Below are positions 30,751 to 40,277 of a stretch of DNA of 64,000 nucleotides, piece after piece (position 1 is the stretch's first letter; the number at the start of each line of letters is the position of its first letter). Below the pieces are notes generated by a model. It saw only the letters and a list, made by a program, of their open reading frames with translations. It was not told the DNA's origin and searched no databases. The position numbers were made by a program, and so were the translations under genes. Origin of the DNA: an uncultured Ruminococcus sp. (GTDB taxonomy: Bacteria; Bacillota; Clostridia; Oscillospirales; Acutalibacteraceae). The stretch covers positions 1,864-65,863 of the forward strand of contig CADAEZ010000005.1 of NCBI GenBank assembly GCA_902787145.1, in the 5' to 3' direction.

Positions 30751-31830
30751 ATGAGCAAAAGTATGAGTAAATACCTCAGCAGAAAGATTAAGTTTATCTC
30801 GGTTTTCGCTATGTTCTCGATTGTCTTTGTAAACGCGTACAACTACAGCGAGCCGCTTACTCCGACGTCACATATTAAATACGGATTCAACTTTTTCCCG
30901 ATGTTCGAGTACTTTTTCAGCAACGGATTGTTCAGCTTTGCGGTACCGATGTTCTTTATATTTTCGGGATTCCTGTTTTTCCTGAAATATCAGAACACAA
31001 GATTCTGCTATCTTAGCAAGTTAAAAAAGCGCGGCTATACCCTGCTGATACCGTATGTGCTGTGGTCGGTTATATCCGGAGCTGCGATACTGATACTCAA
31101 TCAGTTTGATAACTTTAAAAATCTGCCGTTTTTTAAGGAAAACGCGGTGGATATTTCAAGATGCTATATCTATCTTATAAAGCCGCCGGCATTTCAGCTA
31201 TGGTTTTTCAGGCAGCTTATGCTGCTCGCGGTACTTTCTCCGCTGATTTATATTCTGATAAAGTACACTAAAGCGTTTATACTGATTCCGTTCGGTATAC
31301 TCTGGGCGTTTAACCTGAGCTATATAATCGACACGTCGGGGTTGTTTTTCTTTTCAATCGGCGCGGCGTTCGCGATATTCGGCAAGGCAAGGAATGTTAC
31401 AAGGCGTGACAACAAAGGAATATCAGCTCTGTTGTGCGCGGCGTGGCTGTTACTAAGCGCCTCGCTGATGCTGCTCGCGGCGTCAAAAAGTTCGCTAAAG
31501 CCGCTTATGATGGCCATATACAAGCTCAACGAGGTAGTCGGAATCGCGGCTTTGTGGTTTGTGTTCGATCACATTGTAAAGCTCATCAACCACAAAAAGG
31601 GAATGCTGCTCGCGTCGGCTCACCTGTTCTTCGTATACGCGCTGCACGAGCCTCTGCTGGACATCAGCAACCAGCTCGCGCTGATTCCCGACAACAGCCA
31701 TTCGAGCCATTTTGTGCTGTACATCTGCCTGCCAATCTCGGTAATCGCGATGTGCGTTATACTGAGTATGATGATAAGAAAGCTGTTCAGACCGCTGCAC
31801 TCAGTACTCACAGGCGGCAGGAATAATTAG
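30751..31830 (+). CDS. Acyltransferase family 3 membrane protein
   Basis: AVPMFF..SGFLF, KR..TLLIPY..W, QLWF.R.L, FF.YA.HEP; ~10 TM helices. Confidence 0.85.
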   Translation: MSKSMSKYLSRKIKFISVFAMFSIVFVNAYNYSEPLTPTSHIKYGFNFFPMFEYFFSNGLFSFAVPMFFIFSGFLFFLKYQNTRFCYLSKLKKRGYTLLIPYVLWSVISGAAILILNQFDNFKNLPFFKENAVDISRCYIYLIKPPAFQLWFFRQLMLLAVLSPLIYILIKYTKAFILIPFGILWAFNLSYIIDTSGLFFFSIGAAFAIFGKARNVTRRDNKGISALLCAAWLLLSASLMLLAASKSSLKPLMMAIYKLNEVVGIAALWFVFDHIVKLINHKKGMLLASAHLFFVYALHEPLLDISNQLALIPDNSHSSHFVLYICLPISVIAMCVILSMMIRKLFRPLHSVLTGGRNN

Positions 31831-31856
31831 GGTTTAAGTTTTAAGTGGCAAGTAAA

Positions 31857-31886
31857 AAAGCACACCTGAAAACTCAGATGTGCTCC
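31857..31886 (-). terminator. Terminator of toxin mRNA
   Basis: AGCACATCTGAG..TCAGGTGTGCT followed by T run on the minus strand. Confidence 0.7.
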
Positions 31887-31930
31887 GCAATAACCTTGAC
31901 AAAATCATAGGTTGTTGCTATAATAAGAAT

Positions 31931-32017
31931 ACAAGGAGAGCCGATTAACGGCTAGCCGCAAATTAGTTAACTAAAAATAGTCGCCCGTGTTTTGCAGACT
32001 GGGGCGATTATTTTTTT
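31931..32017 (+). ncRNA. Antisense antitoxin RNA (type I TA)
   Basis: Consensus TTGACA(31896)-17-TATAAT(31919) promoter; terminator AATAGTCGCCC/GGGCGATTATT plus T tail overlapping the toxin stop codon. Confidence 0.75.
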
Positions 32018-32070
32018 ATGATTACAATTGTATAAAACACCAAAAGCGCTAATACAACTATGTATTCCAT
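32008..32070 (-). CDS. 20-aa hydrophobic type I toxin-like peptide MEYIVVLALLVFYTIVIIKK
   Basis: Not in ORF track; AAAGGGGAG RBS, own TTGAAA(32212)-17-TATAAT(32184) promoter, ~110-nt structured 5'UTR, single TM helix plus KK tail. Confidence 0.78.
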   Translation of the reverse strand: MEYIVVLALLVFYTIVIIKK

Positions 32071-32226
32071 AAAAAACGCTACTCCCCTTTCTGTCTGTAG
32101 ATTAGTAAGTAGACAGACAACAGGGTTATCCTGCTTGCAGAGCAGCTAACCGCCTCAACTACCTTGAGTCTTATTATATCTGTATTATATCACACGATAA
32201 TTAGCATTTCAATATGCTTCATAAGC

Positions 32227-32257
32227 AAAACCACCCGCTATAAACGGGTGGTTTTTG
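32227..32257 (-). terminator. Terminator, identical to that at 35535-35563 and similar to 56638-56665
   Basis: AACCACCCGCTATAAACGGGTGGTTTTTG. Confidence 0.8.
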
Positions 32258-32263
32258 ATTAAG

Positions 32264-35200
32264 TTATTTGATTTTGATTTTGGTTTTTACAATCTTGCTT
32301 GCTTTTTTGTAAGCTGAGTTACCACTAACTGCAACCAATACAGACAACTTATATGTGCCTTTTTTTGAACCCTTTTTGATTCTAATCTTGCCGTTCTTTT
32401 TTAGCGTTAGAACATTTTTCTTATCTTTTTTTACGACTTCATAAGATACTTTGCCCTTAGCATTCTTGACGATTATCGCCTTAACTGTCATAGCTTTTTT
32501 CTTCAGCTTATAAGCCTTGACTGTCTTAGTTTTAGCAGAAATCTTTGCAGTATTCTTTTTTAGAGCGGGCTTTTGCGCAGGTTTAACAGCAAGAATTCCA
32601 GTTATGAGTTTTGAGGTAACTATCAAAGAATCTGTATCCTCCACAGAAGTTGTTGAAGTATCGGGAAGAGTTGAGGTTTTGGTAGAGTCTATTGTCTCAA
32701 CTGTAGAAAAAGATGATTCTGTTACATTATTCTCATCATATGCGCTACCGTCAAATGCTATTATTCTGTCTTTTAGAACTTCAAATTGTTCAGCAGAAAG
32801 AACTACTTGCGACTTCCAATTATCGCCATAATAGTTTTGAATTTGTACTCCTTTAGGATAAACACCTTCCGGAATTGTTACAGTATACAATGGCACTCCA
32901 TCATAAACCATAGGAGAAGCAATCAAATTATAAGAATAATATTCTCCGCTTGTATCCTCAATTACTAATTTAAATGTTCCACCCTCTGCAATTTGCTCTT
33001 TGCTTGGGAGATATTTAATAGTCTGTGATAACGAAGATACTGTTGTATTTTCTGCAATGGTTGTCTCCTCAGTATTGCTTGTTGTATTTTCAAAAGCTTC
33101 TGTAGTCTCGTTGTTCTCAGACTGTGTTGTATACTCTTGTGCTTCTGTAGTCTCGCTATACTCAGGTTGTGTTGTATCCTCTGGGGCTTCTGTAGTCTCG
33201 CTATACTCAGGTCGTGTTGTATCCTCCGGGGCTTCTGTAGTCTCGCTATACTCAGGTTGTGTTGTATCCTCTTGGGTTTCTGTAGTCTCGCTTGTTGTAT
33301 CCTGCTGAGTTGTCGGGGAAATTGTCGTTTCCTGAGCAGTTGAAGGCTCTGTCGATGATTCTGTCGGAGGATTAGTTGATTCCGGATTCTCACTCCAATG
33401 AGCATAAAGTGTAGTTGTTCCGGTAAATGTAGATGAACTGGATATTTTTGTCCCGCCGGTTTTATCTGTATACCAACCGTCGAATGTATATCCATCTCTG
33501 GTCGGAGTCGCGAGTGTCCCATACGTATTGTTAAGAGTAACTAATTTTGCACCTGCTTCGTAATCGTGCTGATTATTATAGAAGGACACATATCCGGTCC
33601 CAAAATCAGGATAAGCATATGCAGCTTTTTCACCAACATTATGTAGATCAAAGCTTGAATTAGCATGTTTTGAAATAACAAAACCACCTGCGGGAATATC
33701 TAAACCGGTTGTATTGTTATATAGTCTGGAACCAACTTTTTTTCCATTTATATCAAATGAATATTCATCCCCATATTGGTTGGTTGTAGTTTTAGCTCCG
33801 AAGATTCTTGTATATACTATAACCTGAGAATCAAGTCTTGACGTATTAAGACCGTCTACTTTATGGTTGGTTACATTATCATTATATAACTTTCCTCCGT
33901 TCACGTCATATGTAATTCTGTATTTAACAGGATTAAATTTCCATTTTTGAGCATTTGACCAATTTAATAGGAACGCATGAATATTTGTACCGTTAGATGT
34001 ACTTCCATCATATACATCCATCGCCAATCCGCTAAGCCGGTTAATAATATAATAATATCCATTACCGGCAGGTTTTATAATCCATTTCTGATTATTACTG
34101 TTAGTAAAATTGTTTTGTTGAACATTAGCGCCACTTATATTCCTATAAACTGATTCTATAGCTTTATTGCTCTTTTTAAAAATCAGAGAAAAAATACCAT
34201 CTCCCAGGTGTTTAACCTTAACATTAGTATTTGTTGTATTTAATCCCATATTGTTCCAAAGTTGTACATTAACTCCGTTTTCAGTTTTACCACCATAAAT
34301 ATTAATACCTGAGTATGAATTCAGTGCTGTAGAAATAGTATATTCGCCGTCTTTCAAACTATTGGTAACAGAAGCCTCAGTTGGTTTACCACTTGCTAGG
34401 AATTTCCACTTTTGGGCTTTTGATTGATTTTGTGTATAAATTTGAATATTTGTTCCGCCCGAAGCGGTTCCCCCATAGACATCTAGCGCTAGACCGGTAT
34501 TGATTTTGGGAACAATATAAAAATAGCAATCGCCGCTTGGTACAATTATCCACTTTTGTGCATCACTTTCGTTTGAGTCATATTGCCAAACATTAGTTCC
34601 GCTTGTTTTATCAGCATTACAAACATCCAGATTCTTACCGCTATTCCTGAATGTCAATGTATAATATCCTGACCCGGTGTGTTTTACAGTTACAAGCGAA
34701 GTTAGATTAGCGGTATCCATATTGTTCCAAAGCTGTACATTTGCTTTTGCCGCTGTGGAATTCTTCGCAATGTTTAAACCATAGCTTTCATTTAATGCCG
34801 AAACAATATGATAATCACCGTCGCTTACACATTGGGTGGGGGTAATTGTTGGTGTGGGTGGGACAGGATCGCTATTAATTATATAAATATATCCTTGGAA
34901 AACATTTCCTCCATAAGTATATGCACTACCGCTGTTATAATGCACATAATGGAATTGTTGGTCTGTTGAACCATAGTACTGGGAAACAGTAATTCCAATT
35001 CCGTTACTATCAATTTCTTCTACAACAGCAACATGATTTGACCAACAAGCAATAGCTCCAAGTTTTGGTGTACTACCATATGAATAAGCACCCTTACTTA
35101 TGTTTTCTGAATACCATTGTCCTGATCCATGAACACTGAGATTTGGTTTTGAGCCAAGTATTTCATATGCCCTTCCATATGCATACCATGTACATTGACC

Positions 35201-35380
35201 AACATACCCACCACTCCAAAATGGATTATTTGATGAATACCAATACGCACTTCCACTCGGCGGAGCAGAAGTTCTCTTTGTAAATCCAGCTGCATTAATT
35301 GATATTGAATTAAAAAACATAGTACTAAAAACCATCATTATAGCTAATACAACATTCAACATCTTCTTCGCCTTTTTCAT
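32264..35380 (-). CDS. Secreted CHAP + ricin-B lectin + InlB B-repeat surface protein with Thr/Glu-rich linker and Lys-rich C-terminal domain
   Basis: Signal peptide; GQCTWYAYGR..NHVAVVE (CHAP Cys/His); QKW/NVQLW ricin repeats; PTRDGYTFDGWY..LYAHW (B-repeat). Confidence 0.85.
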   Translation of the reverse strand: MKKAKKMLNVVLAIMMVFSTMFFNSISINAAGFTKRTSAPPSGSAYWYSSNNPFWSGGYVGQCTWYAYGRAYEILGSKPNLSVHGSGQWYSENISKGAYSYGSTPKLGAIACWSNHVAVVEEIDSNGIGITVSQYYGSTDQQFHYVHYNSGSAYTYGGNVFQGYIYIINSDPVPPTPTITPTQCVSDGDYHIVSALNESYGLNIAKNSTAAKANVQLWNNMDTANLTSLVTVKHTGSGYYTLTFRNSGKNLDVCNADKTSGTNVWQYDSNESDAQKWIIVPSGDCYFYIVPKINTGLALDVYGGTASGGTNIQIYTQNQSKAQKWKFLASGKPTEASVTNSLKDGEYTISTALNSYSGINIYGGKTENGVNVQLWNNMGLNTTNTNVKVKHLGDGIFSLIFKKSNKAIESVYRNISGANVQQNNFTNSNNQKWIIKPAGNGYYYIINRLSGLAMDVYDGSTSNGTNIHAFLLNWSNAQKWKFNPVKYRITYDVNGGKLYNDNVTNHKVDGLNTSRLDSQVIVYTRIFGAKTTTNQYGDEYSFDINGKKVGSRLYNNTTGLDIPAGGFVISKHANSSFDLHNVGEKAAYAYPDFGTGYVSFYNNQHDYEAGAKLVTLNNTYGTLATPTRDGYTFDGWYTDKTGGTKISSSSTFTGTTTLYAHWSENPESTNPPTESSTEPSTAQETTISPTTQQDTTSETTETQEDTTQPEYSETTEAPEDTTRPEYSETTEAPEDTTQPEYSETTEAQEYTTQSENNETTEAFENTTSNTEETTIAENTTVSSLSQTIKYLPSKEQIAEGGTFKLVIEDTSGEYYSYNLIASPMVYDGVPLYTVTIPEGVYPKGVQIQNYYGDNWKSQVVLSAEQFEVLKDRIIAFDGSAYDENNVTESSFSTVETIDSTKTSTLPDTSTTSVEDTDSLIVTSKLITGILAVKPAQKPALKKNTAKISAKTKTVKAYKLKKKAMTVKAIIVKNAKGKVSYEVVKKDKKNVLTLKKNGKIRIKKGSKKGTYKLSVLVAVSGNSAYKKASKIVKTKIKIK
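33095..33300 (-). repeat. 45-bp intragenic tandem repeat (EDTTQPEYSETTEAP)
   Basis: About four units visible in both DNA and protein. Confidence 0.85.
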
Positions 35381-35564
35381 TTTCTTTTCCTCCTTATGAA
35401 AATGTAAATCTGTTTATACTTTTATTGTATCACAATTCTCACAAAAATACTCACCAAAGATACAACTCACAATTTGTACAAACTGCACAGGGAATTAAAG
35501 TTTTAGTTCTAAGTGGCAAGTTATAAGCTAAAAGAACCACCCGCTATAAACGGGTGGTTTTTGG

Positions 35565-38105
35565 TTATTTAATCTTAATCTTAACCTTTACAGTCTTGGA
35601 GCTGCCGGTGTATTTAGCATTGCCCGAAGCGGTGACTCTTACTTTCATCTTCAGGACTTTGCCCTTCTTATACTTGCCCTTTCTGACTGTTATAACGCCC
35701 TTCTTACTTATAGTAAGCTTCTTGGATCCTGAGAGCTTTTTAAATGTAACAATACCTTTTGCGCCTGTTACTTTTATCGCTTTTTTAACAGTTACCTTGC
35801 CCTTTTTGAGCTTATCAGCCTTGACTGTCTTTGTCTTAGCAGCTACCTTAATTGTATTCGCCTTCGGCTTAACTACAGGCTTTACGGTCTGTTTAGCTGT
35901 GGTTTTGCTTTCAGTGGTCGCTGCGGCAGCCTGTGAGTTTGTAGGCGCGGATGTTGTTGACTCTGTCTGAGTGGGCTCGGCTGTTGTTGATTCTGTTTCT
36001 GTTGTTTCAGCTGTAGCAGTCTGAGTATCTGTAGGTTCAACCGTTGTTGTCTCGGTTTCTGTGGGATCAGCTGTTGCGGTCTCGGTCTCTGTGGGCTCAA
36101 CTGTTGCGGTCTCAGTCTCTGTGGGCTCAACTGTTGCGGTCTCGGTCTCTGTGGGCTCAACTGTTACAGTCTCGGTCTCTGTAGGCTCAGCTGTTGCGGT
36201 CTCTGTCTCTGTGGGCTCAACTGTTGTCTCAGTTGTTTCGGATTCTGTTGTATCCTCCTGCGCGAAATGAATATCTGCCTTAGATAAGCTATCGTTAAAA
36301 TAGTTACCGCTATAAATTTTATTCCAATCACTCCGGCTGCCCGCGTAGTAAACATCTTTAAGGGAATCGCAGGAACGGAAGGCGTTGCCGCTGATAGTTA
36401 TAACGCTTTTCGGGATCGTTATACTCACCAGGCTTACGCAATTAGCAAATGACTCCCCGCCTATTTTTTGAACACGATCGGGTAAAACTATGCTTTTAAG
36501 ACCACTGCAAAAAGCAAACGCTTCATCAGAAATATATTCAAGACTGTCGGGAAGCTTAACGCTCGTGAGGTTTTTGTTGCTGTCAAAAGCGCCGTAAGCA
36601 ATGTCAAGCGTGTTGTCTTTAACGACAAATTCACCCGAATGAGATTTATCTGTATCGATCAGGTGATTTCCGTTATAGATAACTCCGTCCTCCCAATTAT
36701 CCGTATTTTTAATATACGCGGTGTTTTTAAATGCCCTATCTTGAATCTCAACCGCTGTGTCGGGGAGGTTTATCTTCTCCAGGTTTACACAGTCCTCAAA
36801 GGCATATACACCTATAAAGTTAACGCTGTCCGGAATTGTAACACTCTTAAGGTTTTCGCAGTATGTAAACGCGTCACCCCCAATTCTGTCAACTCCTTCG
36901 GGGATAACTAGGTCTGTCACAAGCTCACCGTTATGATAGAATCCTCGGGAATACTTAAAAACATCATCTCCGGTGTAGTCAATATTACACCAGACGCCGA
37001 TGTCCGAAATCTCGACTTTATCAAGCTTTTCGCAACCATAGAAAGCGCCGGGCCATATATTTTTTAAGCCCTTGCCAAAGCTTACACTCGCAAGATTTTC
37101 GCAATATACAAACGCGCTCGCGCCAATAACCTCAACACTGTCGGGGATAATTACGCCTGTGATATTTTTATTAATACCAAACGCGTGATCGGCGATTACT
37201 CTTGTACCTTCCTTGACGTTGTACACCTTTGAATATTTATCGCCGCCCTTTATCAGATAAGAATCGATATAGAGCATATCATCCTCCCAGTTATCGGGGT
37301 TGTTAGCGTATCCTGTGTTATCAAAACAAGAATTGTACAGTCTGTCTAAGTTTTTTGGAATTGTGATGTTATCGAGAGAGACGCAATCCGCAAAGGCCGC
37401 CTCTCCGATTTCCTTAACGCTGTCGGGAACAACTATACTCTTTAGCTTTTCACATGAGTCAAAAGCGCCGCGTGAAATAGTATTAACGCTTTCGGGTATG
37501 TTTACGTTTTCAAGATAAGTATTGCCGCAAAACGCAAATTCCTTCAGCTTGGTGACGGTATCCGGGATGTCATAGGTTTTATCAGACTTTTTCGCAGGAT
37601 AAGACATAAGTAAAGACTTATCTTTGTCAAAAAGTACTCCGTCAACTGAGGATAAATGCGGGTTTTCCGGGTCAACCTCGAAACTCTCAAGGTTATCACA
37701 GGAAGAAAAAGCGTCAAAAAATTCAACACTCTTGCCGAGCTTTACAGTTTTAAGATTTGGGCAGTTATAAAAAGGTGTTACAGCGTATTCATTGGTGCAA
37801 ACCGAGATATCTTCGACAGTATCGGGGATTGTAACACTAACGATTGTTTCGCACTCTTCAAAAACTACATCTTCGATTCCGACTACCGTTTTTCCGTCTA
37901 TATAGCTCGGAATCTCAACATTCGCGCTGTCGCCGTTATAAGCGGAAATTATTACGGTATCCGCGTAGAATCCGGAATAATAAGAAAATTCTTCTCCTGA
38001 GGTTGCTCCGGCGGTAATCGGCGCAACGGCGATCACCCCTATCAGCAAAAGTATAGACAAAACTAAGCTGACTGACTTTTTCACTTTGTTCATATTTTTT
38101 TCCAT
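35565..38105 (-). CDS. BspA-type leucine-rich repeat (LRR_5) surface protein with Thr/Glu repeats and Lys-rich C-terminal domain
   Basis: Signal peptide; many IPDSV..IG..AF..C..L repeats; DGVLF.KD...L..YP; AAAGG RBS before ATG 38105. Confidence 0.88.
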   Translation of the reverse strand: MEKNMNKVKKSVSLVLSILLLIGVIAVAPITAGATSGEEFSYYSGFYADTVIISAYNGDSANVEIPSYIDGKTVVGIEDVVFEECETIVSVTIPDTVEDISVCTNEYAVTPFYNCPNLKTVKLGKSVEFFDAFSSCDNLESFEVDPENPHLSSVDGVLFDKDKSLLMSYPAKKSDKTYDIPDTVTKLKEFAFCGNTYLENVNIPESVNTISRGAFDSCEKLKSIVVPDSVKEIGEAAFADCVSLDNITIPKNLDRLYNSCFDNTGYANNPDNWEDDMLYIDSYLIKGGDKYSKVYNVKEGTRVIADHAFGINKNITGVIIPDSVEVIGASAFVYCENLASVSFGKGLKNIWPGAFYGCEKLDKVEISDIGVWCNIDYTGDDVFKYSRGFYHNGELVTDLVIPEGVDRIGGDAFTYCENLKSVTIPDSVNFIGVYAFEDCVNLEKINLPDTAVEIQDRAFKNTAYIKNTDNWEDGVIYNGNHLIDTDKSHSGEFVVKDNTLDIAYGAFDSNKNLTSVKLPDSLEYISDEAFAFCSGLKSIVLPDRVQKIGGESFANCVSLVSITIPKSVITISGNAFRSCDSLKDVYYAGSRSDWNKIYSGNYFNDSLSKADIHFAQEDTTESETTETTVEPTETETATAEPTETETVTVEPTETETATVEPTETETATVEPTETETATADPTETETTTVEPTDTQTATAETTETESTTAEPTQTESTTSAPTNSQAAAATTESKTTAKQTVKPVVKPKANTIKVAAKTKTVKADKLKKGKVTVKKAIKVTGAKGIVTFKKLSGSKKLTISKKGVITVRKGKYKKGKVLKMKVRVTASGNAKYTGSSKTVKVKIKIK
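36000..36230 (-). repeat. 30-bp intragenic tandem repeat (TVEPTETETA)
   Basis: About seven units of CTGTTGCGGTCTCGGTCTCTGTGGGCTCAA-like sequence. Confidence 0.85.
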
Positions 38106-38308
38106 AGCCTTTCTGCCCACAAATATACAACTGGGATATTTACAACCTTACCGTGGGCGGATAAGGCGTAAAAAACCGGCGAAAAATTTTTCTTCCATAT
38201 ACTATAACCTCGCAAAGAGCAGTTTTGTGACACTTTTTTGAAAAAAATTTAAAAAAATAAGAAAACCGTGCAATCAAGCACGATTTTCTTACTATATAAA
38301 ATATAATA

Positions 38309-39922
38309 TTAAACCTCAGGGCCTGCGGATACGAGAGCCTTGCCAGCTTCGTTAGTCTCGTACTTCTTGAAGTTCTTGACGAATCTCTCGGCAAGATCCT
38401 TGGCCTTTGCGTCCCACTCTGTAGGATCAGCGTATGTGTCTCTCGGGTCGAGGATTCCGGTGTCAACGCCCGGAAGCTCTGTAGGTACCTCAAAGTTGAA
38501 GAACGGAATCTTCTTTGTCGGAGCGTTCTTGATGTCGCCGCCGAGGATAGCGTCGATGATTCCGCGTGTATCCTTGATTGTGATACGCTTGCCTGTGCCG
38601 TTCCAGCCTGTGTTTACGAGATATGCCTTGGCGCCGGACTTCTCCATTCTCTTAACGAGCTCCTCGGCGTACTTTGTCGGATGAAGCTCAAGGAACGCCT
38701 GACCGAAGCAAGCCGAGAATGTCGGTGTAGGCTCGGTGATACCACGCTCTGTACCGGCGAGCTTAGCTGTAAAGCCGGAGAGGAAGTAATACTGAGTCTG
38801 CTCCGGAGTGAGGATGGATACCGGAGGAAGTACTCCGAAAGCGTCGGCCGAAAGGAAGATTACGTTCTCGGCAGCCGGACCGGACGAAATCTTGTTTACG
38901 TTCTTAACGATCTTCTCGATATGTTCGATCGGGTATGATACACGGGTGTTCTCGGTAACGCTCTTGTCGTCAAAATCAATCTTGCCGTCAGCGTCAACCG
39001 TTACGTTCTCAAGCAGAGCGTCGCGTCTGATAGCGTTGTAGATGTCGGGCTCGCTGTCCTTATCAAGACCGATAACCTTGGCGTAGCAGCCGCCCTCAAA
39101 GTTGAACACGCCGTTGTCGTCCCAGCCGTGCTCGTCATCACCGATGAGCAGACGCTTGGGATCGGTAGACAGTGTAGTCTTGCCTGTACCGGAAAGTCCG
39201 AAGAAGATAGCAGTGTTCTTGCCGTCCATATCTGTGTTGGCGGAGCAGTGCATAGAAGCAATACCCTGAAGCGGCAGGAAGTAGTTCATCATCGAGAACA
39301 TACCCTTCTTCATCTCGCCGCCGTACCAGGTGTTGAGGATAACCTGCTCGCGTGAGCTTACGTTAAAGAGAACAGCGGTCTCGGAGTTGAGGCCGAGCTC
39401 CTTGTAGTTTTCCACCTTAGCCTTGGACGCGGTATATACTGTAAAGTCAGGAGTAAAGTTCTCCTGCTCCTCGGCAGTCGGCTTGATGAACATATTCTTA
39501 ACAAAATGAGCCTGCCATGCAACCTCCATAATGAAGCGAACAGCCATACGTGTGTCCTTGTTGGCTCCGCAGAACGCGTCTACAACATAGAGCTTCTTGC
39601 CGGAAAGTTCGTCCAACGCAAGCTTTTTGCAAGCGTCCCAAGCCTGCTGTGAAGCGGGATGGTTGTCGTTGGGATAGTCGGGAGTTGTCCACCATACAGT
39701 ATCCTTTGACTTGTCGTCCATTACGATAAACTTATCTTTAGGAGAACGTCCTGTATAGACGCCTGTCATTACATTAACAGCGTCGAGCTCTGTGAGCTGA
39801 CCCTTGTCAAAACCCTCAAGCGACGGATCAGTCTCGTCCTTATAGAGAGCCTCGTAGGAAGGATTGTAGATAATCTCTTTGACATCCTTAATGCCTAATT
39901 TACTTAAATCAATACTTGCCAT
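38309..39922 (-). CDS. pckA: Phosphoenolpyruvate carboxykinase (ATP)
   Basis: [47 protein letters not shown]; GGAGG RBS before ATG 39922. Confidence 0.97.
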   Translation of the reverse strand: MASIDLSKLGIKDVKEIIYNPSYEALYKDETDPSLEGFDKGQLTELDAVNVMTGVYTGRSPKDKFIVMDDKSKDTVWWTTPDYPNDNHPASQQAWDACKKLALDELSGKKLYVVDAFCGANKDTRMAVRFIMEVAWQAHFVKNMFIKPTAEEQENFTPDFTVYTASKAKVENYKELGLNSETAVLFNVSSREQVILNTWYGGEMKKGMFSMMNYFLPLQGIASMHCSANTDMDGKNTAIFFGLSGTGKTTLSTDPKRLLIGDDEHGWDDNGVFNFEGGCYAKVIGLDKDSEPDIYNAIRRDALLENVTVDADGKIDFDDKSVTENTRVSYPIEHIEKIVKNVNKISSGPAAENVIFLSADAFGVLPPVSILTPEQTQYYFLSGFTAKLAGTERGITEPTPTFSACFGQAFLELHPTKYAEELVKRMEKSGAKAYLVNTGWNGTGKRITIKDTRGIIDAILGGDIKNAPTKKIPFFNFEVPTELPGVDTGILDPRDTYADPTEWDAKAKDLAERFVKNFKKYETNEAGKALVSAGPEV

Positions 39923-39938
39923 AAAAACTACCTCCACA

Positions 39939-39956
39939 TAGTCAATATTTTAACAA
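39939..39956 (-). promoter_or_regulatory. Putative Rex operator at pckA
   Basis: TTGTTAA-AATA-TTGACTA (2 mismatches to TTGTTAA-N4-TTAACAA) just downstream of TTGACA-18-TATGAT (39990-39961). Confidence 0.55.
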
Positions 39957-40018
39957 CTATATCATACCACATTCATAGGTAGAATGTCAATAATTTACAA
40001 GCTTTGCGCCTGTTAACA

Positions 40019-40190
40019 TTATCAACAGCTTTTCAACAAAAATATGTTGAAAGTCTGTGGAAACGCTGCGGAAAGCACAAGCGTCTTTTTCTTCTTTCTT
40101 ATTCTCGTTTAGTTTCTTTTTATCTTTTTCTTTTTCTTTCTCTTTCTTATTGTTGTTTTTGGTTGTTTTAGGTTGTTTTTGGTTGTTTTT
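40019..40190. other. DnaA-box-like cluster, pyrimidine tract and 4x10-bp tandem repeat
   Basis: 9-mers at 40019, 40030 (forward) and 40045, 40056, 40067 (reverse); GGTTGTTTTT-like x4 at 40151-40190. Confidence 0.55.
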
Positions 40191-40277
40191 TTACGCAATT
40201 TTTTGTAACCATTTTAGCGCTTTACATTTTTTTAAATATATTATATGATATACACAACAAAACTTTTTGGAGGAAAT

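Noticed and set aside
38140-38185. Possible riboswitch in the leader of the LRR surface-protein gene
   Set aside because: Only one short hairpin (CCTTACC/GATAAGG); no c-di-GMP or other aptamer consensus recognised.
40019-40190. Chromosomal oriC
   Set aside because: No dnaA/dnaN nearby, no perfect TTATCCACA, and genes are predominantly minus-strand on both sides.
40057-40248. 63-aa Phe/Ser-rich ORF
   Set aside because: Translation of the low-complexity pyrimidine tract; no RBS.
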